A DNA stretch of 64,000 nt from Bugula neritina (lineage: Eukaryota; Animalia; Bryozoa). Position numbers and translations under genes: made by a program. Location of the stretch: assembly GCA_964035545.1 (NCBI GenBank), contig OZ037771.1, positions 4,227,628 through 4,291,627 on the forward strand, in the 5' to 3' direction. Below the pieces are notes generated by a model. That model saw only the letters and a list, made by a program, of their open reading frames with translations. It was not told the DNA's origin and did not search any database. Below, piece by piece: positions 14,730 through 27,000 of this stretch; the first letter of the stretch is position 1; each line of letters begins with the position of its first letter.

Positions 14730-17700
14730 TCAAAATGTGAATTTATGTTTTTTAACTTCAACCATTATATTGTGAATGTTTATAAGATCGTTTTTGATTG
14801 GCCAATTCCTGAATGGGGGCTGCGACATGACTTTCTGCAGTCTGTGATAGAATTGAATGAGCTGTGTGAGAGCCGTCTGTAGTATTTGAGTGCCGGACTT
14901 GAAGTTGGTGAAACTTCGCATGATGTCTGCATTGATGCTGTCGATGGCTTTCTTCCAGTCAGCATTAAACCCTCTGATCAGCTGACTTATCTTCTCTACA
15001 TAACGGAGATGACATCATGATGAGTGAGAACCCCGGATATTTGGAAGGGAACCAGATTATCGTTTAAAGGGTGTAGTCAAGATTCAGGTAATGGTTGAGA
15101 GAGAAAAAAGTTATTAAAGTAACTTAGAAATAATATTAAATTATTTTCCAATTTGTTATCTTAAAATATGTGAAGCAAGAATGGTTTTTTAAAATTTCAA
15201 AATAGCGAGTTAGTTAAAAAATTTAGTTCCAAGTGATTAGCTGAGGTAATCGCTATGCTAAGGAAATGACATCATAATGAGACTGATGAGTTACACCAGC
15301 ACAATACCATAACTCAAACATCAAATATGCCACAGTACCTCTAAAGGTTATCAGATGGTATTCATTTTAATCAACACCAAAACTAGACACAAACTCAAAA
15401 TAGTGAATGGCAGGAAATATTCACGCTGATTGAGACACAGCTGACAGAAACTATGACTCACGCTCGTGTCTCACGTAGTCCCCGGCTCGGTCCTGCTCCA
15501 GCCTGTTCTCCGCCTCCTTCACAAAAGCCATTATACCACCAAAATACGGAGCTAGCACTTCCTCTACGTACTCTTCGGTGCGGGAGGTAAGAAGACTCTT
15601 GAAAGTATCCATGTGATGACTCTCGCTAGACGTGTGTTCCTAACACCAGAGTAGTACAGCAGGTCGGTGAACATTAACCAACAATGTAAACAACTAACAA
15701 TATCATATCAACAATAGAGAACTCATAACTTACCGCCACCACCGATAATATCATATCATAGTTATTTATTAAGAAGACTAGTTGATCTTTTCTGTGTGAA
15801 AACTCAGCGGCCATTTTGAGTAGCCATGTTTGCATCTCCAGCTCCAACTGAGACAAAAGTCTAAAGCAAAGGTTCACAGCTGAACTTTTAGAAGAAATAC
15901 AAATGAGACTAAAACAGGAAATGAGATCAGAACAGGAAATGAGTGAAATATAGACCTTGACCTTACCGTACAGCCTGGTCGTTTTCCGACTGCTCATTCA
16001 GAGCAATGATGGCAGCGCACAACTCAGCGTACCGTCTGCTGATGAAGTGTGGCTGAAGGTCGACTTGACCCAGTTTCTGTGTGTCACACGTCTGCACGCT
16101 GTGAATATGCTGGAAGAAGACAAACTCAAAGCGAGGCTGCAGCAGCCCGAGAACAGCATCAAAGTATCTACAACATTTGACGGCAAAATTACACTCAGAA
16201 CACCAAAAAGCTGTAATACTCATTATGATAGAATTACAGTGGCTTGGAAACAACTTGAGATAACTTTGATAGTGAAATTTTGAGTTTTCAAAAGGTAGGA
16301 GAACAAAAATTTCTAGAAGAATTGAGAATAAATGGAGATGAAACAATTGATTGTATATTCTCAATATATATGATGTATCAGACAAGAGAAGACAACTTAC
16401 TTCATCAACGCAGGAACTCTTCTCTCACTGGCCATCAGCTGGTACTTGTTGACGAGTTGCACACAGATGAATAGAGATATAGCGTCGTACGTCTCCTTCA
16501 CGTGACTGTCAATCTCTTTCTGTAGATGACGGGAGAATATAATAATATTGAAGGTAGTTTTGGTTTGAGCTTTGAGCCATGTATGAAGCAACAACATTAT
16601 TGCTAGCTTTGGCTAAATCGAATTACAATTAAACTATAATAAAGGGCCACATTTATATCTCATCTATGGTCTTGGTTGCCAGTTGACTATTTTTACTATC
16701 AATATCATAAAAATGTTCAACAGCCAACAGTTTATGGCAAAAGGTGAAAAGTTGTAAGGATAAGTTGACAACCTTCATCAAAATGACCTTGACCCCACAA
16801 GTGAAAGAAATGTCGACTGGTAATAAGGATTGGGCATGATAAATACAGTTCACCAATCACAGAGAAACTTTCTCAAATTCTGCAAAACAACTAGCGAGAG
16901 AGGAAAAGCTTACCAGGAGAATATCTAGGGTCTTTCCGAGAATGGCGTTAAACATCTCAGCTGCTGCTGCACCACTCAGCATAAAGAAATCGCACAGGAA
17001 GAGGTATTCCCTGCATGCATTGTCAAGTAGAGTGAACTGTATACTGCGGAATAGCTGCTCGTATGAGAACTAAAAACACAAGTGTGTGACAAATCGGTAA
17101 CCCACGTATTACCACTCTGTAATAATTGTATTATTACTCTGTAATATTTGTATTATTACTCTGTAATATTTGTATTATTACTCTGTAATATTTGTATTAT
17201 TACTCTGTAATATTTATATTATTACTCTATAATATTTGTATTATTACTCTGTAATATTTGTATTATTATTCTGTAATATTTGTATTATTACTCTGTAATA
17301 TTTGTACGAGTATTATTACTTTGTAACATGCGTATAACCACTCAGTATGCTATATATTACCACTGAGTATGCTATGTATTACCACTCAGTCTGCTACGTA
17401 TTACCACTCAGTCTGCTATGTATTACCACCGAGAATTCTATAGTATAGAAGACTCACCTTTCTATCATCTTTGCTAGCCGTGTGCGGGACCACGGCTGGA
17501 GACTCCAGGTGAGCTGTGAGAACGTCTCCTCTATGGCCTAAAGTGAAGGTCGACGACTTCTGCTTGACTGAAGGCTTGGAGAAAAATCGTGGGCACATGT
17601 TAAGGCAAACAGGCATAGAGCTCAGACTTATATAAATGCAAATTACGATTACTAAAGAACTTAGAATTAACTCCTGTGACACGCATGAAAAAGTCTTTAG

Positions 17701-20525
17701 CCTGCCTGCTTTAAAAACCCTTTTCCATCAGGGTTTCTAACAGGGATGGTGACTATAAACTTGTGTGAGTTTGTTCAAGATTAACTAAAAGGATATCTTT
17801 ACTTCTGTTCGTATCATCTACTCCGAGTAGGTCTTCTTTTCCAGCCACTCTTTCCACCTGCGCAGTAAATTGCTACACTAATTGCACACACCATGAACAT
17901 TACATCTACTGGCTACATACATTCTATATTACTCTAAACATTCTAACACATGAGCTAGTAATCTTTCTATAGACTCATGAAAACCTTTTTAAATGCCGTG
18001 CACTTTATAAAAACAAGTCTTTACAGAACAGACCTGCAATTTCATAAGTTTGGTGGCATAGGCTTTAAAGTAGCTGATGTAGACCTTAGCCATCGTATCT
18101 ATATACTCGTCTCTAACCTCCCGGGCTACCTGGGGGGCCTGGCAGGCTATGAACTCAAAATAGAATCTGAAATTAGATAGGACAATGCATTTAGCTGGGG
18201 CAATCTTAGGGAGGAAATATCTCCTGCAGCAGAAAATTCACATTAGACTAAACTAGACTGACAAAGAAACTACAGAATATTATCAGTCAACAATTCCTAA
18301 ATTACAGCTATTGGAGTGATAATATGGTTTTTCAACAAGTATTTACTGGTAGAATTTAGAGTCGCAAACAATTTTTTGGAATGGCAAGACTAATGTTACT
18401 TACTTGAACTTGAGCAATGCATTCTGGGTAATCTGGTAGTTAGCTAACGGCTTTTTGAAGAGGTTAATTTTTGTAAGACAGAATTCACGTATCTTAGCAA
18501 CAGCCTGCAAAAGAACAGACATTGAATCCTTACATTTCTTCAGAAATAACGGCTATAACAAATTTAGTTACACTAAAACTCTACATACTGTTATATAGTA
18601 AATGAACCCAATTGTAGACCAGAACGCAAAATGATAGTCCCGCCTCTTTAAGCAGTGACAGGCAAAGGCTAAAACAATATATATATATATGAGCTGAGCA
18701 ACGTGCCTTGAACTTTAGTTTGTCAATAACACCGTGCACGTCATGAACAGATCTCGAGTCTTTAAAACTCTGCTCCTTGACGAAGTTAATCTTCTGGTTC
18801 AATTCATGCAGCTGTTCAAGAAACTCCCTTTCAGTGACTTTAGTTTCAAGGATGTGGTTTATCATAGCCTCAGAGACAATCAGTTCATCAATGTACTGAC
18901 TCAATTCACCCCGCACTGCCTGCAGATAGTGGAACAAAAGCTAGTCAATTGAAAATATAAGGCAAGTGGAGATAAAACCTAAACATTAGAATATGTTAGC
19001 ATGAAGCTGACTTACAGGATAGAGTTCAAACTGACCTGACGGTTCTTCAGTTTGATGTTCATCTGCATACTCTGCTGCTGTAGTGCGTGGATCTCAGAGC
19101 TAATGTTACCGAGATGCAGCTGGAAGCCCTCCAACATCGACTCCATTCTCTACAAAAACTCAGTCTATACTATTTCTCCAACTAAATATAACGCTGTGAT
19201 TAAACACTGTCTAATCAAATAAGTACATTGTGTCTAAAGTTGCACTGAAAGTTATTTTAATAGTTGATCTTAAATTCAACAAATGATGTTACCTCGAGCA
19301 CACTGTCACAAGATACAATTTGTCCGTGTAAGCTAGCTATGTTGGAACTCTCCTTCAAATCTGAATATGTCCGTAAGGGAATGATAACTCCTGAATGTAA
19401 CTGCAGCTGTAATTATGTATATACTAGCTCATCTGAGCATAAGTATCAGCCAATTGTAATAAACTAAAGTAGAGCAGCTGATTCTCACAATATGCATTTG
19501 AAAGCACTGTATTGCTATCTATGTCTGCTGAAAATAAAATAGCTAGCATGGTATTAAAAGTATTTAGTCCATCAACGAGACCTGACAAGTGTGATTCACA
19601 ACACCTACAGTACAAAATAGACTCTATTACACAAAACAAAACTACCTGTAGATAAGTCTCAATCACAAACAAAAATTATTAGTAAAAAACCTATTATCAA
19701 CTACCCCATTTTACTATCAACAAAATATTGAGTTCTTTTCATTTTCACTAATAATATGTAGAATCATAAATGATGTGTACATACATATGTACACTGAACA
19801 GATAAAAATGCATCAGGTGATGAGAAAAGCTAAGCTCTGTACTAGCAAAGGATACAGTCACTAATTGAAGCTTGCTCAATGTCGTTCAGCTGATCCTCAA
19901 TTTCCTTGCTGTATTCACGAAGGTCAATGCCCTACATGAATTAGAGTAGAACGTTTCAAGAATAACTAGGAGTTTATGAGAAAATATTATTATATACTAC
20001 AAACCATAACGATGTAAAGTGAGAGTGGTAAATGAATTTACCTTCATCAGAGCCTGTTGAACTAGCTCATCCTCCATGTTTTCTTGAATGTTGACTAAAA
20101 ATTAATAAATGAATAAACACCAAGTGACACTTTGAGCTACAGCATGTATGGCAGGCTATATTACTGCTCATTATATGATCTAGCATTTTATAACACAGAA
20201 ATGCATGTTTCCTTACAATTATACATTTTCGATAGCATTTACGTAAATAAATACTGCTGTTGCGCAAAATTAGCAAAGTTAAAGTTTTTAAACATACTTA
20301 ATTTTCATTTTTTTACTTGTGTAATTGCACAAAACAAATATTCAGCTACATTAGATATTAAGCAAACCGGTTATTTTGAACTTCACTAATGCTATATTCA
20401 TGCTTTCGCCTTCAAAAATAAACGTCAACTTTCAGTGAGTATTGGTAAGACTCATCTTACGAAAGTTGTTCTTCTGATCACCCAGAAAGCTATTACTTAC
20501 ATTCAAGATCTTTGAGCACCTCCAT
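14730..20525 (-). CDS. VPS52: Vacuolar protein sorting-associated protein 52 (GARP/EARP subunit), about 673 aa, 16 coding exons
   Basis: Exons 20525-20501, 20094-20042, 19931-19856, 19360-19293, 19149-19036, 18919-18707, 18504-18404, 18166-18034, 17857-17797, 17588-17458, 17069-16914, 16519-16401, 16167-15967, 15860-15734, 15639-15462, 14995-14730 (2022 nt, in frame). Motifs GIDLREYSK, KIREF..KI..FKKP..NYQI, FFSKPS, RRYAE, LVFLINNYDM, MRSFTNFKSG, INIHNIMVEVKKHK. Confidence 0.95.
17107..17430. repeat. Two abutting 22-bp minisatellite arrays in a VPS52 intron
   Basis: About 9-10 copies of gtattattactctgtaatattt (17107-17326), then about 4.5 copies of gtattaccactcagtctgctat (17332-17430). Confidence 0.9.
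17589..17796 (-). other. U12-type (minor spliceosome) AT-AC intron in VPS52
   Basis: 5' site G|ATATCCTTTT, branch TGCCTTAAC (17607-17599), 3' end CCCAC|GA. Splicing here gives DDTNRSKGFFSKPS, matching the conserved VPS52 sequence. Confidence 0.92.
17662..17772 (+). mobile_element. 5'-truncated SINE copy inside the AT-AC intron
   Basis: catgaaaaagtctttagcc...aaaaacccttttccatcagggtttct..cagggatggtgactataaacttg matches 63355-63442. Confidence 0.75.
19361..19855 (-). other. U12-type GT-AG intron in VPS52
   Basis: 5' site T|GTATCCTTTG (U12 consensus), branch-like TTCCCTTAC about 12 nt before the AG, and no strong polypyrimidine tract. Confidence 0.8.
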
Positions 20526-20839
20526 GTTTTTACTTTTATATTAACCAGCACTGCCAGTTAGATACTGAAATTACACAAAGAAATGTAAAAGCTTTTCAAC
20601 ATGAAATGTCAAACAAGAAGGTAGGTGCAGTAATGGAGAAATTGAGAAAAGCCTGTGTTATACTTATAGATTAAAAATGTAGCAAAAGAAGTTATGATCT
20701 TGCAAGAATTTCAACCTGTGCCCCAAAACAAAAATTTAATAATAAAATTAAAAAAACTTAGGCTATCTCAATTTCTCCACTGTTTTGCCAAAATGATCTT
20801 ACGTTTTTCTTCTGCAATCGTAAATTAAACTATTGTTGT

Positions 20840-21135
20840 ATTATTATTACTAACTGAAATATGAGTATTGAATATAATATCATTACTTATACTTATAGTA
20901 ATAATATTACTATTACTATTAGCATTACTATTAGTATTAGTAATGAGCATTGGTATTATGATTAATATTACATTTAGTTTTACTGAAAGAGAATTAGCAG
21001 CAGCAGCAGTAGTACTAGTAGTAGTAGTAATACTAATAGTATTACTACTACTGGTAGTACTATTACTATTAGTACAGTAGTACTACTAGTACTGCCACTA
21101 CTACTAGTAGTAGTACTATTAGCATAACTATGATT
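20840..21135. repeat. Low-complexity TAN-triplet (TAA/TAC/TAG/TAT) tract between VPS52 and RPS18
   Basis: Runs of tagtag, tactac and tattat visible directly. Confidence 0.85.
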
Positions 21136-21529
21136 ATGACGCCTAAGAGTAAGGCCGTGATCGTGTAACAGTGACATTAAATCTCAGTCTCTCAGTTTGA
21201 GTCTAACCGACAACTGAAATAAAACATTTTGATTTTCCTTTTTATTTTTATAATTTTAATTTCAAAAATAATAAAATTAAATGGGCATAAAATCCTTGAG
21301 CAGCTATACGAAATTGGTCAATATCAATACTTGAACCATGCAGCATAAAACATAAATTATTGAACTCCAAGTTTTTATATCGTGAAGTATACTATTGATT
21401 ATAATTTAAATCATAATCATAATGATAATCATAATAATATAATCATTGACGAAACTCGACTGCCTACAGGAAGTGTTAGTTAGACGTTTTAGTTTCGCTT
21501 TGGTGTGTTATAGTTCGACTTGTAAGCGG

Positions 21530-21546
21530 TTTCTGTTTCCTCTTTA
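21530..21546 (+). promoter_or_regulatory. TCT/5'-TOP polypyrimidine start of RPS18
   Basis: tttctgtttcctcttt about 15-30 nt upstream of the ATG at 21562, typical of ribosomal protein genes. Confidence 0.7.
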
Positions 21547-21561
21547 GGCGAAATACCCGTC

Positions 21562-23490
21562 ATGGTAGGTTATTTAAAATATGTTTTTGTGTTTTATCTG
21601 TTCACATCGTTGTCTATATATCACCAATTTACAAAATTTGTTCAGGAAATTTTAAAGGAACAGCCGTTGCTTCAAAAAACCTATACTTTTACTTTCTCAT
21701 CGACTTAATATAATGTATAGCCTCAAATGAAATGTTACGAATTAAATTTCTGTGAACATTTTCAGTAATGATTTTAATTCAATTTAAATATCAAGTTTAG
21801 CTGTTAACTTTGACTTCCAAGTTTAGCAGCCTAGCTCAAGCTCAAAGTTAGTGTTATTTATTGTGATGTTATGATAATCATTATGATTATAGATATTCAT
21901 ACTTCAAGCAGATTATCACTGTGATTGTCATTATGATTATGATCTTGATTTAGATTACGATAATGATTTTCCTATCAGTTTTATAATCAATGTTTATATT
22001 GTAATTGTCATTTTGATCATCATCATTATGATTATGAAGTTGCTACGAGTACAATCTCAATGGCTGTGATTATAATTTTTAATACATTTTTATTTTAGGC
22101 GCTGCTACTACCAGAAAAGTTTCAGCATATTTTGCGTATCTTCAACACCAATATTGATGGAAACATATGCATATTGTATGCCTTAACGTCCATCAAAGGA
22201 ATTGGGCGAAGATATGCCTACGCCGTGCTTCGTAAAGCCGATATCGATATCAGGAAACGAGCAGGAGAACTATCTGAGGAAGAGGTATGTAGTACTTCTT
22301 GAATCTTTATTTAAATTTTCAACTGAACTTTTTCACTACTTCACACCTGCAATCACAATAATTTTTTTAATATTTGTAAGCAATTGTATTGCTGCTGAGT
22401 TAAATTCATTGGTTGCTTAGTAATTATAATATCATTTGCTTGCACTTACTCTCAGTTTTAAACAATTTTAAGTTGCCCACGATGAAAATTGGCAGATAGA
22501 TAGGTATAGATAGGGCATAGATTGACAATATATCTAAACTAGCTGAGACTCCATATATCATCTAAACTTTAAAAAAATAGAACTCAATTAAAATACTGAT
22601 TGCTCATATTTGTTATAAAATTACCTCTACTGCTTGTTATTTCCTTCAAGTTAGTATAATAGAATCTATTCACCCCCATGATTCACTTAGTTAAGCCTGC
22701 TGAGCACTTTTATACACCTGAAAGCCTACCTTGCAGGCCTCTGGGTGTCTTTTCATGTGCAAGATCAAAGGTCATACAACAACAGATGCTTCCCTCTTCG
22801 GTGGCATGTGTGAGAATTGCTCCTACATTTGTGGTAGTGTAGTTGTTTACTCCTGCACCTATATTGATACTGTACTATAATATATTGATACTATAATGTA
22901 TTGATCCGATACCCACAGGTTCAGCAGGTCATTACAGTGATGTCTAACCCCCGACAGTACAAGATCCCTGACTGGTTCCTCAACAGACAGAGAGACATCA
23001 AAGATGGCAAAACATCACAGGTTGGTTACTCGTTTTGATTGTCTTGCTGTTGGGCTGTAGTGTTTACTAGTAGCTGTGTCTGTATGCTATCTTCTGTTGA
23101 AAGTTGCTTACAATATGATTTGCTCTTTTTAATTCAAACCATCAACTTTTAAAACCACACAGAAATGGTTAAGCATCTTTTTTACTTTCTACTTAGCAAT
23201 TTTGCAGAATATATATTTTATTATTATGCTGAATAGCTGACCTTTTAGATAAATTTTAAATTGTCTGCCCTTGTGATAATAATTGATGAGGCTGTGTTCT
23301 CCATGTGGGCTCAATGTTGCAGGTTATAGCCAACGTTCTCGATAACAAAATGAGAGAAGACATGGAGAGAATGAAGAAAATCAGGCTACACAGAGGTCTC
23401 CGTCACTACTGGGGCCTGCGTGTCCGTGGACAGCACACAAAGACCACTGGTCGTAGAGGAAGAACTGTTGGCGTGTCCAAGAAGAAATAA
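21562..23490 (+). CDS. RPS18: 40S ribosomal protein S18 (uS13), 152 aa, 4 exons
   Basis: Exons 21562-21564 (ATG), 22099-22284, 22919-23020, 23323-23490 (459 nt). Protein runs [22 protein letters not shown]...[11 protein letters not shown]...[38 protein letters not shown] at 23529. Confidence 0.98.
22702..22830 (+). ncRNA. Candidate box H/ACA snoRNA in RPS18 intron 2
   Basis: Hairpin 1 (GCAC/GTGC, ACACC/GGTGT, GCCT/AGGC), H box AGATCA (22762-22767), hairpin 2 (ACAGATGC/GCATGTGT), ACA (22825-22827) followed by 3 nt. Each upper stem is 13 nt from its box. Confidence 0.7.
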
Positions 23491-24089
23491 TTCATTCGTC
23501 TTTTTCTGTATGATTGGATATTTTAGGCAATAAAATCGGCCTGTTGAAAAAAAAACCCCTGTTTTGTTTCGATTTGAATTCTCCGATGGCTCTTGTTTGC
23601 ATCTTAAAATGGTCAAAACCACCGAAGCATGATGTCCTATAGAAATAGTGCATAGCCTACCGCTATTTGCATGCAGTTACATTTGCGCTTGGAAAACAAA
23701 CTTGTTATATTGAAAAAAGAGTTGCATTATCAGAAAATTAAAACTCTGGATCTGTATTTCTTCTGAAACAGATAATAAATGTAGGAACTGACTAACTTGA
23801 AAGTAATGACGTTCCAATAGCACTTTTTGAATGTAGCCAACAAAATATGGGTTTATTAAGATTGGAAATAAAGTACAATATTTGTTTCAAAAGAACATTC
23901 ATTAATGTATATATATTAACTGCTAAAAGTTGAAAATTCATCCAAAAGTTAGAAGTTGTAACAAACATTGCAACAGAAAACGTTTGTATGGCGTATATAT
24001 AAAGTTTTAGCTAAATCATTTATATCAAAAACATTTTTTAAACGGATAAATATTTTAAAATAAATCAAACTAGAGAACAATAACTTAAT

Positions 24090-27000
24090 TTAACTTCTTG
24101 TCAACAACTCACTCATACTTTGAATACTCTTAAACACAACTTCATCACCAAATTCTTTTTCCTCATTTTCCGAATAATTTGATGGAAAATCACAAGACCA
24201 GTCTAGCGACGGGTCAATTTCAAGCAATTTGATAGGAGTGATTGGCCGATCCTCAGTGTACAGCTCATATCTTTCTGTGCCTAAAAATGAGTGTTGAATA
24301 ATATTTTTTTGCAGAAGAATGCATTTTGTGTCGCAGCGTGTCAATTGATCACCTTGGCAAGAGTTGCCTTCTTCTGACATTAGCAAGATGGAAATCATTT
24401 TTTTTAAAAACTTATTAAAATAAATTTGTTGGCAAGTTGATAAGTTTATGAAATCTCAAAATATTATTCATTAAATGACCGTTATTATGAATGATTACGA
24501 GTTTTTGGGAATTGACTAATAAAGTTAAACAATAAAATCCAGTAAAATATGATTAAATCTATGCAAGAGAAACAGTGCTGGTATACATATCCAAAAAAGC
24601 TTACATTTTCCAAATCCAACAAAAACATCACTTTTGAGAGCATCACGCAGAGCATAAAGCTTTCGAGCGTATTCTTCCTGTTGTTTTGTTTGGGGGGTGG
24701 ACGGCTGCTGAGTGGATGAATGGGGGGTGACTGAAGAATTGAAGGAAGGGCTACCCTGGGAGGAATGTAAAGAGGGGCTAGGTTTATTCTGACAGTAGCC
24801 ATTTAAATGGGAGCAACATCTCTGCTGATGATGTTGGTAATTCCATTGGGAGTCGTTGCATCCTGAAAGAACCAAAATAGATATTGAATTATTTCACCAA
24901 CAGTAGATAATAATAGTAATGATAGGTTTAACTATTTAAACAGTTACTATAAATAAGTAACAAAATTAAGTCTAGAAATTTGTAATTTGATGTGAAACTG
25001 TTAAGAAAACTTTAAACATGTTGATGAGCTAAGCAGGATTGATAAAAAGAGAAAAAAAGGTGACATATTAGGCAGCCGAATGCACAAACCATGATTAGAT
25101 GGTGGCGACAAAAAGCTGGAGAGAGGAGAGAGAGGGCTACCATTCATGAGAGGGGAAACTGGAGTTCTTCTACCCAACCTGTCCCATTCCCCGGTGACCA
25201 CCGAAGGAGCCCAGGTGGGAGGCGAGAGAAATGGAGAAGAGAGTGGTGATGGATTGTGAGGAGACATGTTTTGAGAGGCTGGTGACCGCCGGCTTGTTGG
25301 AAAAGTAAAAACAAGAAATAATTTAGAGTTCTTTTTCCATTGCTTAAGTTTAATTATGAAATACTGGGTATGATAGAAATCATGGCTGGTGTTTAAATAA
25401 TGAAAATAAAGATAAGTTTTATCAATAATGAGATATTATATCCATTACATCTTCTTTCCAAAAGGCAAATAAAATAAAATCAAATTATTAGAAAAACACA
25501 GCACCATCAAGTTAAAAAAAATACTCCTACAAAATGGAAATGATATTTGAAATAAAGAAATCCGACAGTCAATGATTAGATTGAAAATTGGTCAACTCAC
25601 AGTGGCTTTATCCTGGAATGCTTCACGGGTGGTTGAATTCTAATGGAGTTTCCCGTAGGCATTGTAGAATATGGGTAGAAAGAATGAGGGTATGGGAGAG
25701 GGGAGTAGGGATGGTAACTGTTCCTGTAAATATTTTGTACTAAATACAACTTATCTTCACATAAGCCTAATTTTAAAGTTGTTTGAACGCAATGCAAAAC
25801 GCTAAGACATAAAGCTGAGGTATTTGAAATTTCTAAATGAATTCATTGAATCAGTAAAACAGCAGATAAGGATATTGCAACATGTAGCATGATTTTACTC
25901 AAAATTGTGATGTATTCATATATAAGTATTTTGCAAAGAAATATGAAATACCCATAACATCATTTACAATTTTTACATGTAGGTGAAACTTTATCAAAGT
26001 CTATGAATAAAAAACTAGCAAAATATTAAAACAAAACAATATTATATAAATAAAACAACTAAATTTTTTACCATACTACATTTTATAAGCTTACACTTTA
26101 TCAATTTGTTCATCAATAGAATTAAATTTAAAAAATTATGCTTTTAGTTCATGTATGTTGAAAGAAATAGCAGTGACGTAAGCAGATATTTAACAGCATA
26201 GATGCAGTAGTTACCTGCTCTGATAAAACCTATCAGGGTATTGATTGAGATAGGAGCGCTGCATGCCATAGCTACCAGCTTCGGAGTAATCTAAAGAGTG
26301 GTGAACATAAGCAGAAGTTGTGCTCCCCTGTGGAACTCTAGAAAAGCAGTGCAAGCAATCAAATGATATATCATCTATATATATTTCATCACCTTTAGAA
26401 CATTCCTTGGCATCAATTTCAGTGCAGAAACAGTGAATGGATATCAGAAATAAGCGATAATTAAATATTCTCTAGCAAACATTAAGAGCCATGTCTCCTT
26501 ACATTGTTGAGTTCTCATGGAAATTTCCAGCTCCCATTACCGATGGCGCACACACACTTTGGTAATTGTTGCCTGCAACAAATTTGAGAGATTCATGTTA
26601 CGTAAATAGAAGATTCAAAGCACAGTTCTAAGTATTTGATGCATCACCTTGAGATGTGTTAAGTTACATTGTAGACTATAAACAATAAAAAGTAATATAA
26701 CATGATATAATAAAAAATAATATAGGCTCGTTAATAACAAATCCATAAGCAGCAAAATATCTTTAATTACTTTATACAAAAATTTGTACCCTTTTACAAA
26801 ATCCCCCCAAAAAAGCGCTGTATAGAAACTTACTGACGAGCATATATTAGTACATCTAACTTTTACAATGGGACTTCTGTATTGGTATACGTTCCAAAAA
26901 TAATATTTACATTAAAATATTCTAACTGCCATTAAAACATGATGTTAGAACAACTTAATTCTATCGTGTATTTTGAGAGCCCAACATGCTGTGATTGTTA

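Noticed and set aside
20868-21177. Leu/Ile/Val-rich membrane-protein-like ORFs (also 47895-48218, and the Ser-rich ORF at 42269-42517)
   Set aside because: Translations of TAN-triplet low-complexity DNA.
22159-22185. RPS18 GNICILYAL instead of vertebrate GRRKIAFAI
   Set aside because: As recalled, yeast has the similar GNIKIVYAL, so this is within tolerated variation.
22478-22548. Possible C/D snoRNA in RPS18 intron 2
   Set aside because: Imperfect C box, no terminal stem and no recognisable rRNA antisense element.
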